Shown: in pieces, positions 11,733-23,049 of the stretch
Layout of the letters: each line of letters begins with the position of its first letter
How positions within the stretch are numbered: position 1 is the stretch's first letter
From: Squalus acanthias
Lineage: Eukaryota
Length of the DNA stretch: 64,000 bases
Direction: 5' to 3'
Assembly (NCBI GenBank): GCA_030390025.1
Contig: CM059425.1
Coordinates: 176,516,001 to 176,580,000, forward strand
The notes under the pieces: generated by a model
The model's database searches: none
The model's input: the letters and a program-made list of their open reading frames with translations, nothing else
Told to the model about the DNA's origin: nothing
Translations under genes and position numbers: made by a program

Positions 11733-12961
11733 ATGGGAACCATTTATTTCCTTTCCTCCTGGACACCAGATTTGGACGAAGACCAGCCGCGGCAGCAGCA
11801 GAACCCGCTACAACAGCAGCACCAACTGCAGGACCAACAACAGGAGCGCCAAGCTGCTGCTCACCCACCTGAAGCTGCACAGGCCAGAAGGCGCCAGCGC
11901 ACGTCGCCGCAGGAGATATCCCCAAAACAGGGTTTACAGACAGAGGATGAGCTACCTCAACATGACTGAGCAGCAGTGCCAAAGGAGGCTCAGACTTTCG
12001 CGAGAGGTAGTGAGTGACATCTGCGCAATGCTGCAGCAAGAGGAGCAGGTGGACACCCCTTACCAGTGGCCGTCAAAGTCACCACAGCACTCAACTTTTT
12101 TGCTTCAGGCCCATTCTAGGGATCAACAGCAGACATCAGCGGCGTCTCCCAGGCGGCCACACACACTTGCATCACACAGGTAACCGATGCCCTCTTTGCC
12201 ATCACGCACAATTACATCAACTTCTCCAAGGATCGAGCAAGTGTAACCACGCGTGCAGTTTCATTTGCTAATCTGGCAGGCTTTCCAAGGGTGCAGGGCA
12301 TCGTTGACTGCACACATGTGGTCCTTAAGGCACCCCATCACAATCCAGGTATTTTTGTCAACCGCAAGGGCTTCCACTCCCTCAACGTGCAGCTGGTGTG
12401 TGACCACAAGAGGGAAATTTTGCATGTTAGCACCAAGTACCCTGGCAGTTGCCATGACTCCTTCATCCTGAGATAGTCTGGTGTGCCTCCGCTCTTCAGT
12501 CGCCAGATCAACTTTTCGGATGGCTACTTGGAGACAAGGGCTATCCCCTGAAGACGTGGCTAATGACACCGTTGAGGAGGCCATCCAATGAAGCTGAGGA
12601 GCGCTACAACTCCAGCCACATTTCCACCAGCTCCATAATCGAGCAAACCATCAGTTTGCTGAAGATGCGATTCAGATGCCTTGATATATCAGGTGGAGCC
12701 CTGCAGTACTCAGCAGCCAGGGTCTCCAGAATCATCGTGGTCTTCTGTGCACTTCACAACATGGCACAGCATCATGGCTTGCAGCTGCCTGAGGTACAAG
12801 TGGCTCATTGCATAGCCTCCTCAGATAAGGAGGAGGAGGAGGAGGAGGAGGAGAGAAACAACGAACAGCTTGCGGAGGTGCATGAACCAGCGCCAACAGC
12901 ACGCGAGCACATTGCTGGCCGGGATGCAAGGGACGCACTCATGTTGGCCACATTTGCTTAG
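11733..12961 (+). pseudogene. Harbinger DDE transposase (HARBI1-like, DDE_Tnp_4), disrupted
   Basis: [55 protein letters not shown], acidic tail; frameshifts and a stop at 12474-12476. Confidence 0.92.
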
Positions 12962-13218
12962 CCTGCCCAATCAAACACTTTTGCCTTGCACCTTCTTACT
13001 AGAGCATCGACAATGGCCAAGAACCTACGGATTCCTCTCACTCTGACCACCATACTGACAATTGCAAGTCGCCCTAAGCCCTCAATGTGGAAGTCCCATT
13101 TGTGAAATGACACAGGCCACAACTTCAACAGTTTGCCATCAAGATTTTTTTATCACAAAGTCACGGATAGCTTTTCAAAAATAAACACAACAGAACACCC
13201 AAGTGACCACCCTTGTGA

Positions 13219-15215
13219 CTACTTGTGCTTTATCTTCCTTTTATGCGTGCTTCTACGTGGTGCTTCCCCTGTGGCTTCAGCAGATGTGGAGGCCCCTTGC
13301 TCACTTTCTTGCTGCTCCTGCCTCGACACCTTTGGCGGGGGTCCTCTGGGGTTGCGAGCCTGTGAGGGCTCGGCAACAGTCTGCTGCTCCTGCGGCTGTG
13401 CAGGGGCTGAGACGCCGATCTCAGTTGGGTGAGGACTCTGGTGGGGCTCTGACCGAGGGCTCTGCAGTGGCATGGTCGTGTGAGCGCTTGGAGAAGAGCC
13501 CCCACTTCCTTGTTCTCTGCCACCAACATCCCTCTCATGGGTCAGCCCCACTTCAGAGCTAGCAAGTGGCTTGACAGCACCTTGCTGCACTTCAGGGGGG
13601 CCATGAGGACCCGTTTCTGCACTGGAAGTCCTACTCCAAAGGACTTCCATGAAGGTCTGGTTTCTCTGCTCAATAGCTGACCATCGCTCCTCAAGAGATG
13701 TCAGTCTATTCTGAATAATGACCATGTTTTCAATACCCTGGTGACTAAGCTCCTCCATGGCCGTAGCCATCCTCTCCTCTACCGTAGCCATCCTCTCCTC
13801 TACGGTAGCCAGCCTTACCACGGAGGTAGCCATCCTTTCCACGGAGGTTGCCATCCTTTCCATGGTGATGCGCCAACGCCTCCACAAAGGCCCTGCTCAT
13901 GTTCGCGATGGACTCCTCCATTCGCTCCACACTCGCAGCGACCCTGGAGACAAAACCTGCCAGAGACTCCTGCACCTGTTCCTGGAGTTCCAGCACCACT
14001 CTCCTTCTAGATGGACCCGGAGGCACAGGGTTGACATGCAGCGGAGCCGAGCTGGGAGAGTCCTGCGCCCTCCGACCAGGACTCTCCACTGCTGTCCCTG
14101 TCTCCACCATCTGCTGATGCTCACTTGTGAGCTGTGATACACCAGGTGACAACTTTACTCTATGACCCGAAGGTCCCACCGAGGTGTGAGTGTCTGCGCT
14201 GGTGCTGGGTGCGCTTAATTCTGCTGACGCTGCGCCCTCAGAGGTTGCAGCTTCCTTTGAGGAGTCGGGGGGCTCAGGCTGTTCCTCCTGGATAGTGGGA
14301 AGGGGGGCTGTTGATGGTCCTGTGGGGGAGTAAAGGAAAGAGTTAGACATGTGAGATAAACATTGCATGCACATTGAAAAGTGCAGCTGATCATAAGTCA
14401 ACCTGTTAGAGCATCAGAATCAATATCAGTCACTCATGCAATGGCAATGAGTGAGATGAAAAAGTATTCTGTCACCAGCTTGCTTTGATGCGCCCGTCTG
14501 TCCAACCCCACTTGCACATCCTCCTCCACTCCCACGATCTCTAGGGCCACCTCCTCTGCAGTGGTGAGCTGGGCTATTGAGGGTGGCCCTCCTCCTGTCC
14601 TTGCCTCGCCCTCTTATTGTGGGCTCTCTTTTCCTGCAATGAGGGACACAAGTGGAGTTTGAGTGAGAATGAAGGAGTGAGTGTAGAGAATCCATCGCAT
14701 AGATGCTTAGAAGGACACAAAGATGGAGTGGGGTGCCAAGACCAAGGGCCCTCCCTGTGTTTTGTAAGTTGTTGTCATTGCATCACAGTGATAGGGAGTG
14801 TGAGGGCTGCATAGTCGAATAGTTAAGTGAATGTGAACATACAGAGAGAGGGAATGGTTAAGGGTACAGGGACGTAAGGGTCAAGTGGGATGTGGAAGAA
14901 GAGGTTGACAAAGCAGAGTGCTGGTGATGAGAGGCGATGGGGATCAGATTGAGGGTCATGGAGATGGAATACTCACTTTTCCTGTGCGGAGAAGGTCATG
15001 AAACCTCTTTCTGCACTGCAGCCAGATTCTGCTGCACATTGAAATGGCATTCACCTCCTGTGCCACTTGCAGCCACACAGCTTTGGTCTGTTGGGGAGGT
15101 TTTTTCCTCCCTGAAGAAGGAACAGCACTTCCTTATTTGCTCTTGCTCCCTCCACCAGAGCTTGGAGGGAGTTCTCATCGAATCGGGGTGCACACTTTGG
15201 TCTGGTGCCTGACAT
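13219..15215 (-). pseudogene. Harbinger Myb/SANT-like DNA-binding gene, three exons (about 15215-14977, 14633-14476, 14319-13219), disrupted
   Basis: MSGTRPKCAPRFDENSLQALVEG...WLQVAQEVN...WLQCRKRFHDLLRTGK|gtgagt; ttgcag|EKRAHNKR; cacag acceptor for the last exon; basic C-terminus. Confidence 0.82.
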
Positions 15216-15900
15216 GGTTTTTGCACAAATCCCTCAGAAGTATTATGCTCAAGCTGAAAGGCAGAAAAAGAACCAAGGCTGCTTGCAGGCCTTAAATGCA
15301 GCTGCATAGATGATGTCATCGGAGGCGAGTTTCAGCATCAAAATACTCATTGGGCCAGGGGTTCCCACACGCTGGAAATCAAGTGCCCAATTAAGGCAAA
15401 ATCACTCATTTGTCCCGCCTCACATCGGAGGTGGGGTCCGGACACGACGACCACCTGACACGCCCCCAGTCCGCCCCCAAAGACAAAATCCAGCCCTCTG
15501 ACTCTATGACTCACATTTACTGGATCTTCCTGATGGCTGATTTTAGCACGTCTGACCAGCTAACATTAGGGTTGCCGCAGTAGCACAAACACTCCACTCA
15601 CTCCAATATAAAAACAGTTTCAGGTGAAAGGATCTAAACTATTATGGCTGAGAGGAAGGAATAAACAAAACAGACCAAAAATAATGGAAATTAATGACAT
15701 CAATAACAACAACAATAGCGGAAAGATCAAATAATAGTGTTTTGAGTGATAGGCCAAAATGTTGTTGTACACGTGCACAAAGTTTTGGGATAAAGTTCTG
15801 GAGTTAGCACAAGATAGTTTTGAATGAAGAAGGCCCTTCAGTGGAATTGATCTCACCTTTCTAGATTACCAACTCAATCATCTTCCAATTACAGAATCTG

Positions 15901-16098
15901 AGCCGTAATTTTCCAACTTTGCACTCTTAGCATAGAGCCTCTTCTGTTGACAGGGCATTTTGGAAATTATAGGACACACTGCCCGTGTTTTTTCAACTAT
16001 TTAAAATAATGAGGAGAAAATTGTGCAGTGCAGCAGAATTTCTGATGTGCACTCTTGGTGGGTGAGGCTCTCTTCCAGGAATGCAAAGTCAGAAAAAT
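15901..16098. mobile_element. Old foldback MITE
   Basis: TTTTCCAACTTTGCACTCTTAGCATAGAGCCTC pairs imperfectly with GAGGCTCTCTTCCAGGAATGCAAAGTCAGAAAA. Confidence 0.6.
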
Positions 16099-16179
16099 AG
16101 TTTTTTTTTCTTAAATGATTCCAGTGTCTTACCCTCTATGTAGAAAATACTTCCTGACATTGGTCCTAAATTTGCTCTT

Positions 16180-16340
16180 CAACAACAACAACAATTTGCA
16201 TTTATATAGTGCCTTTAATGCCTTCACAGGAGCGTTATCAAACAAAATTTGACACCGAGTCACATAAGGAGATATTAGGACAGGTACTTGGTCGAAGAGG
16301 TGAGTTTTAAGGAGCTTCTTAAAGGAGGAGAGAGAGATAA
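16180..16340 (-). mobile_element. L2 LINE 3' tail fragment
   Basis: (CAA)n then TTTGCATTTATATAGTGCCTTTAA, the reverse complement of the L2 tail at 43145-43183. Confidence 0.75.
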
Positions 16341-16397
16341 AGGTTGGAGTTTTGCAGGGGGTCAGCAGGCGGGATCGGTGGCAGGTCGGGTGGGAAA

Positions 16398-16833
16398 GGG
16401 CAACACGGTGGCATAGTGGTTAGCACTGGTGCCTCACAGCGCCAGAGACCCGGGTTCGAATCTGACCTCGGGTGACTGTCTGTGTGGAGTTTGCACATTC
16501 TCCCCGTGTCTGCGTGGGTTTCCTCCGGGTGCTCCGGTTTCCTCCCACAGTCCAAAAATGTGCGGGTTAGGTTGATTTGGCTATGATAAATTGACCCTTA
16601 GTGTTAGGGGGGATTAAATATGTGGGGTTATGGGGATAGGATGGGATATGTTAGGGGGAATTAAATACGTGGGGTTACGGGGGTAGGGTGGGATATGTGT
16701 ACTGTGGGGATTAAAGCAGGGACAGGGTACTGGATTTGGATGATCAGCCATGATCGTATTGAATGGTGGAGCAGGCTCGACGGGCCGAATGGCCTACTCC
16801 TGCTCCTAGATTCTATGTTTCTATGTTTCTATG
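16398..16833 (+). mobile_element. V-SINE (HE1-type) with CR1-derived tail
   Basis: A box TGGCATAGTGG, B box GGTTCGAATCT, V-domain TGTGTGGAGTTTGCACATTCTCCCCGTGTCTGCGTGGGTTTCCTCCGGGTGCTCCGGTTTCCTCCCAC, (TTTCTATG) tail. Confidence 0.9.
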
Positions 16834-17014
16834 AAAGTGTTTTTTTTGACAGCAGGTCAGGAACCCGCTGTCAACCCGCCACCACGTGCCTTTCCCAGTG
16901 TCGGGTCTGTCAGCGCTGAGCAGACTTGACAGACAGTGGCGGGGAACCCAATTAATCTCAGTAGCATCTAGTTGACAGATGCTTAACAGGCTTTTTAAAC
17001 TTACCTTTTCACTT

Positions 17015-18050
17015 TAGCTAGCTAAAGTGAACAGGCAAATTAGGTTAAGGGATAGGTCAATAGAGTTGCAGTGGCAGACATTTAAGGGGATATTTCAGAA
17101 TTCACAGAATATATACATTCCAACGAGAAAGAAAAATTCTAAGGGGAGGACCCACCATCCGTGGTTAACTAAAAAAGTTAAAGATAGTATTAAACTTAAA
17201 GAAAAAGCATGTAATTGCGCAAAGATGGGTGGCAGGTAGAAGATTGGACAGAATATAAAAAACAGCAAAGAATGACTAAAAGATTAATAAGGAGAGAAAA
17301 ATTAGAGTACGAGAGAAAGCTAGATAAAAATATAAAAACAGACAGTAAGAGTTTCTATAGATATTTAAAAAGAAAAGAGTTAACAAAGTGAGCGTTGGTC
17401 CTATAGAAAGTGAGTCTGGGGAATTAATAATGGAAAATAAGGAGATGGCAGTTGAATTGAACAGATATTTTGCATCGGTCTTCAACATCCCAGAAATAGC
17501 TGTAAATCAGGAAATGGAAGGGAGGGAGGAACTCAAGAAAATTACAATCAACAGGGAAGTGGTACTGAGCAAATTGTTGGAGCTGCGGGCTGACAAGTCC
17601 CCAGGACCTGATTGACTTCATCCTAGGGTCTTAAAAGAAGTGGCTAGTGAGATAGTTGATGCGTTGGTTTTAATTTTCCAAAATTCCCTAGATTCGGGGA
17701 AGGTTCCATTAGATTGGAAAATAGCGACTGTAACTCCTTTATTCAAAAAGGGGGGAGACAGAAAGCAGGAAACTACAGGCCAGTTAGCTTAACATCTGTC
17801 ATAGGGAAGATGTTAGAAGCTATTATTAAAGACGTTATAGCAGGGCACTTAGAAAAGTTCAAGGTAATCAGGCAGAGTCAACATGGTTTTGTGAAAGGGA
17901 AATCATGTTTAACCAATTTATTGGAGTTCTTTGAGGAAGTAACATATGCTGTGGATAAAGGGGAATCGGTTGATGTACTATACATAGATTTCCAGAAAGC
18001 ATTTGGTAAGGTGCCACATCAAAAGTTATTGCAGAAAATAAAAGCTCATG
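17015..18050 (+). mobile_element. Internal CR1 ORF2 fragment
   Basis: PWLTKKVK, DKSPGPD, GNYRPVSLTSVIGK, DFQKAF. Confidence 0.9.
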
Positions 18051-19873
18051 GTCATTGAAAGGTTTGCGCCACTGCAGCCTGGTCCTCCTGACGACATCCC
18101 TGCTTGCGCCCTCCTCTGCAATGTGCAACCAGGCTGTGTTGCTCTCCTGGGGAGGTCTCTTCCTCCCATTGGAAGGGAAGAGGACCTCCCTGCGTGCTGT
18201 GACTCCCTCCATAAGCATATGGAGGGATTCATGGGAGAACCTGGGTGCAGCTGTGCACCTCTGTGCAGTGACTGTCAGTGTTTGCAGCACCTCAAAGCTG
18301 TAGAACACTGACAGCACAAATGTCAAAATAAAGTTGGCCATGGTCCCTTTAAGGAAACCGGCTGATGACGCCTCATGAAATGACCTCACCAGACCCGCTT
18401 CCTCTAGTTGGCCAGGAAACGCGCTGGGCGGGCTTAACAAGCCCCATCAAGGGAAATTCATTTCACAGAGAGGGATGGAGCCAGCTAAGTAAAACCACGG
18501 CCATCTTGAGGAGGGAAGCAGTTTTGAAGAAGATGGGGCCAGTGAGGGATAAAGGAAACAGGTTGATGATGTTGGGAAACATGTAGGTGAGGAGATAAGT
18601 TGGGTGGTTAGGAGCTGCGATGGGAGGGGATCAATGTGTTTTGTTTTTTGTATTGTCTATATTTCAGAATGTGAGAAAGTTGGCAGAGTTACAGTTAGTG
18701 CTCAGAGAGAGTGAGCATGTAGCTGTTTTTTCAGCTATTGTTGGCTCATGCCCAATTACTGGCTCACTTACATCAGTTTCTTGTTGACATATATGAAATC
18801 ATCACCCGCTGTTGTCGGACACATGTGCGACACCTCGATGATTACTAGATGCCAGCATTCAGCTCTTCTGCTTGTGAAACTACTTTGGCAGATATCTTGA
18901 GAGCAAAATGAATGTGCTGAGAAAACATACTGGCAAATAATGTATTTTAGAATTAGCAGTCACAGATGGCATTTCACTACATACAGGTTTTTTGGTCATG
19001 AATGCACTTTTAAGAGTTTACATTAAAAACCTCAAGCTACCTACTCCAATTAGTGGAATTAGGTAGAATAGAGGGGGGTGCGGGGGGGCACATTTTAAGC
19101 AATCCTAATATCTAAAGAAAATAGAAGTAAAACAAAAGTTTGAACAAGCTTTATCTTAATCTACAGAATAATGAGATGAGTTTTGAGGAGATGCCTAATA
19201 TTTCAGGGTAAACGGGCTTTTAAACAGATTGATTCTTGCCTCTCAGATGAATTGAATTTCCTATCGAATGTGCAATATGGCATTCAGAAACTTACCATAA
19301 ATGTTCAATTTATGAGAAAAATATAACTTTGCAAAGAATTATAAGACCACATTGATTAAAATAATTGCAATATTTCATATATGAGATTATGGGGGTCAAA
19401 TTCAGGTGGTTGGCGCCTCCTGTTAGCGCCTGGCGAGGGCGCTAACGGGGCCTTAATGAAGTAGCGCTGGGGCGAGGTGAATCCAGCGCCACATGCCAAA
19501 TCCAGTCGCCCCTTAGCGCCACCGCTAACAGTTAACGCCTGGGGCTATAGCTCCAGGCAGATCGTGACGTCAGTGAGCGTGCAACACTCACTCAGTGCCC
19601 AATCTGCCAAATTGATTATCGTCCCCTGCCTTAGCGCCTCACTCTGACAACGACAGGGAGAGGATGCGTGAAGCAGGCGGATTGCGGCTCCAGGGGCGCT
19701 ATTTAAAGGGATCAGTCGCAGCTTTCAGATCACTGCTTCCTTGTCAGATTGAGATTGTGCAACAGTTTAATTGAGTCATTTAAAGATTTTTTACTTTCAG
19801 GAGTGTTGTGGCTACTCAAAATTAGTGACATTTATTCTGACAAGATATCAAAGTGCTACACTTGGTTACATTA

Positions 19874-21043
19874 ATGGGGGCTGTAATGGAAGTCGACCTC
19901 GCCCTCCAGGATCTATGGCAGAGGGAGCGCAGGCAGCGAGAAAGATTGGACCATGTGGCCAGAGGGAGGAGGAGGGCCATGAGGGCTCTCAACAGGAGGT
20001 CTTACCCTCTGAGGGTATTCCAAGAGCACTTCTCCTACCTTCAATTAAGCGAGGAGCAGTGTATTAGAAGGCTCTGCTTCACCAAGGAGGTGGTCACAGA
20101 CTCTGCCACCTCCTGCAACCAGACCTCGAGCCTCAGATCAGGGTGACCACGGCTCTCTCTGTGGCAGTCAAGGTCACCGTCGCCCTCAATTTCTTTGGCA
20201 GCGGGTCCTTCCAGTCGGCAACAGGAGATGTAGCTAACATTTCACAGTTCGCCATCGATCGCTGCACCCGGGAGGTCACAGAGGCTCTCTACAGTAGGAG
20301 AAGGGACTACATTTCCTTCCCCATCATCAGAGAGAAGCAGGAAAAATGTGCATGTGGTTTTACCAGGATAGCGGGATTCCCCATGGTGCAGGGCGCCATT
20401 GACAGCACCCATGTGGCTTTGCGGGCACCGCATAACAATCCTGAAATCTTCCGTAACCGCAAAGGCTACCACTCACTTAATGTACAGTTGGTGTGCGACC
20501 ACAGACAGATAATCCTTAATGTCAATGCTCGCTATCCTAGCAGCAGCCACAATGCCTTCCATCCTGCGCCACACCAGTGTGCCAGCAGGCTTTCAGCCAC
20601 CACGTCAAGCTTGAGGCTGTTTGCTCGGAGACAAGGACTATCCACTTTCCACCTGGCTCATGACTCCCCTCCACAACCCCAACACTCCTTCCCAGCTCTC
20701 ATATAATGAGAGCTATGCTGCGACCAGGAACATTATCGAGCAGACAATTGGGGTGCTCAAGCAACGGTTCCGCTGCCTTGACCGCTCTGGAGGAGCCCTC
20801 CAGTACTCGGCTGAGCGGGTGTCCCATTTCGTGGTGGTCTGCTGCATGCTCCACAACTTGGCCATCATGAGGGCCAAGCTTTTGCCACCAGGGATTGCGG
20901 GACCACCTCAGGAGGAGGAGGATGAAGAGGAAGAAGAAGACAAGGAGGAGGAGGAGGAACAGGAGCGAGGGAGGAGGCAGCCACTCAATCGGCCTTCTGG
21001 AAGGGCGGTCCATGACCACCTCATCAGACTGCGGTTCCAATAA
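19874..21043 (+). pseudogene. Harbinger DDE transposase, frameshifted
   Basis: GFPMVQGAIDSTHVAL, NRKGYHSLNVQLVCD, LGDKDYP, IEQTIGVLKQRFRCLD, CCMLHN; split over three ORF-track frames. Confidence 0.92.
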
Positions 21044-21208
21044 ATTAAACCCCAGATCCCCGTTGCTCACCACATCCCCATCATTCCATCCCTGTCGCAG
21101 GCCATATCACAGCGCAAAGCTGAAATGAGAGACACCACAAAAGAATCTAAACTGAATTAATAAATTTATCAATAATTAGGGGACACATATTTACAACAAC
21201 AATATTAA

Positions 21209-23049
21209 CTATTCATCCTTGAGCAATCCCTTAGTGCCTCTCCTTACTGTGCCTTTGCCTACTCTAGTGCTCCTACGAAGTGTTGGCCCAGTAGCTGCAG
21301 CAGGGCTGGTGGGAGGCTGCTGAGTGTCCGTGTGGGAGACTTCAGATGGCCTTGCAGGATGCCCTCGACCAGCTCTGGGCCTGGAACGCCCGGCTGTAGA
21401 CTGCACCACCTCAGCATAGGCGGCAGCAGTCTGGGATGGCTGGATGACAGACAGCGACAAGGGCAATGGTGGAGTGCCAGCGGTGGGAGCAGGAATGCTG
21501 TCTTCCTGAGAGAGGACAGCAGGTTCCTGCTCCACTGACCCACTGCCACTCCCCTGGGGCAGCACCTCAGCATCCCTAGCAATCTGTTGGAGCACAGATT
21601 GCTGGCCTGCTGCGACACCGTGAAAACTCCGGTCAACGGTGGTAGACCCAGCCACGATGGCAGCAGTCAGAGCTTGCATGGCATCAAGCTGATACTGCAT
21701 GAGAGCAGTCTGAGATTGGATGCGACCAAGCATAGACTGCATTACAGCACTAAGACGTTGCATCGCTTCCGCTTGTGCAGCAATGGAAGCTGCCAGATCG
21801 CCCATCACACGCGGCATCAGGTCTGGGTCGCCGCGGTCTCTCTGGGAGTCTACCATCCTTTGCAGACTGGAAATGATGGGCTCCATGGTGTGTGCAGAGC
21901 CTTGTGCAATGTTGGAGGCAGATGCTCCTTATCATTGTGGAGAGGCTCTCGGGCCTACTTGCCATTGCACCTATCATCTCCGTGTGCATGCCCATCACCC
22001 TTCTTCTAAAGGCCTCCTCATCGAGGTCCTCATCTGAGTCCTGTGCAGCAGAACTCGCCCTCCGGGGAGCTGGCCCCCGAGCTACCCTTTCCCCCTGGCC
22101 TTGCTGCAGCCCACTCGTCACTGGTGCCTCACCCTGTGTATATCCCGCTAAAGAACGCATAGTGCCAGTATCTGAGCTGGTGCCTGCGGGTGAAACATGC
22201 AGTAACGCGATGTGTTCTTCCTCGTCCTCTTCTCCCGCCTCACTCTCAACGGTGCCCTCAGGGACAAGCTGCTCAGGTGCTTGCTCATTATCTGAAAGCA
22301 TAAAGGCACAAGAGTCGGGTTAAGGTGAAAGGAGGGGGCAGGAAGGGAGAAATGGATGCATGCAGCATGATTAGCTGGAAAGTGCAAAAGGCTTGTGGGT
22401 TGAGGGGGAAGTGGGATGTAAGAAGAAGGAGTAGGGATGAACATACCGTTGTTGTCCCCAAGGGGGTCATCGTCTCTAGTGGCCACGGCGCCCACCACCT
22501 GGCGCCCAATAATCTCCAGCACTCTATTTTCCAGCGCAGACAATGGTTGGGTGTCGGCTTGTCCCCCGCCTGTCCACTCCTGCTCCCTCCTATTGTGTGC
22601 CACCTTGGCCTGCAGGAGAAAGGAAAGTGTGTGAGTGAGTGTGGAGCAATGTGTTTGGGTGGTGTGCCTGCCATAGTTGAATAGCTGTCAATGCGTGCAA
22701 GGTGAGATGTGGGTGTGAGTGTTGGTAGGTAGAGATTGTTGGTGGGTGAGTGCTCGGGTTGTGCTGCTTTGGGCATTGTGTACAGACTGTGGTTCAGATG
22801 GTGGTATGTAGCATTTGTTGAAGCATTCACTCACCCTGACCACCCGAGTGAGGTCGTTAAATTTCTTCCTACACTGCCCGAGACATGCTGGGCTGCCTAC
22901 CTCCACATGGTGCGGAAGACTTGCGGCGAGGGTCTCCTGCCAGTTGCTGGGTAGAGCACCGCCCTCCGTCTCTCCACAGCGGACACCAACTCCTCCAATG
23001 CTTGATCACAGAATCTGTAGGCTCTCTCCCTGGGGCATGGATCTGCCAT
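21209..23049 (-). pseudogene. Harbinger Myb/SANT-like gene, three exons (23049-22835, 22609-22447, 22291-21209), disrupted
   Basis: MADPCPRERAYRFCDQALEELV...QCRKKFNDLTRVVR|gtgagt; ctgcag|AKVAHNRREQEWTGGG...|gtatgt; tttcag acceptor; C-terminus LRRSTR. Confidence 0.85.

Larger units (their letters stand above)
11214..15496 (+). mobile_element. Full-length decayed Harbinger/PIF DNA transposon (family A)
   Basis: TIRs GAGCTCGATTTTG / CAAAATCCAGCCC, 3-bp TSD TCT, convergent transposase and Myb/SANT genes. Confidence 0.93.
16342..18465 (-). mobile_element. Fragmented Harbinger (family C) interrupted by a V-SINE and a CR1
   Basis: 16342-16960 resembles the reverse complement of 57490-57660; 18051-18465 resembles the reverse complement of 56010-56420 and encodes AAPRFSHESLHMLMEG...WLHIAEE...LQWRKPFND. 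Confidence 0.75.

Noticed and set aside
11733..12961. Domesticated HARBI1 or NAIF1 host gene
   Set aside because: Bounded by TIRs and a TSD and disrupted by frameshifts and stops; the same applies to 19874-23049
16398..16475. tRNA gene (also 5700-5765 on minus)
   Set aside because: A and B boxes run directly into SINE core domains and LINE-derived tails
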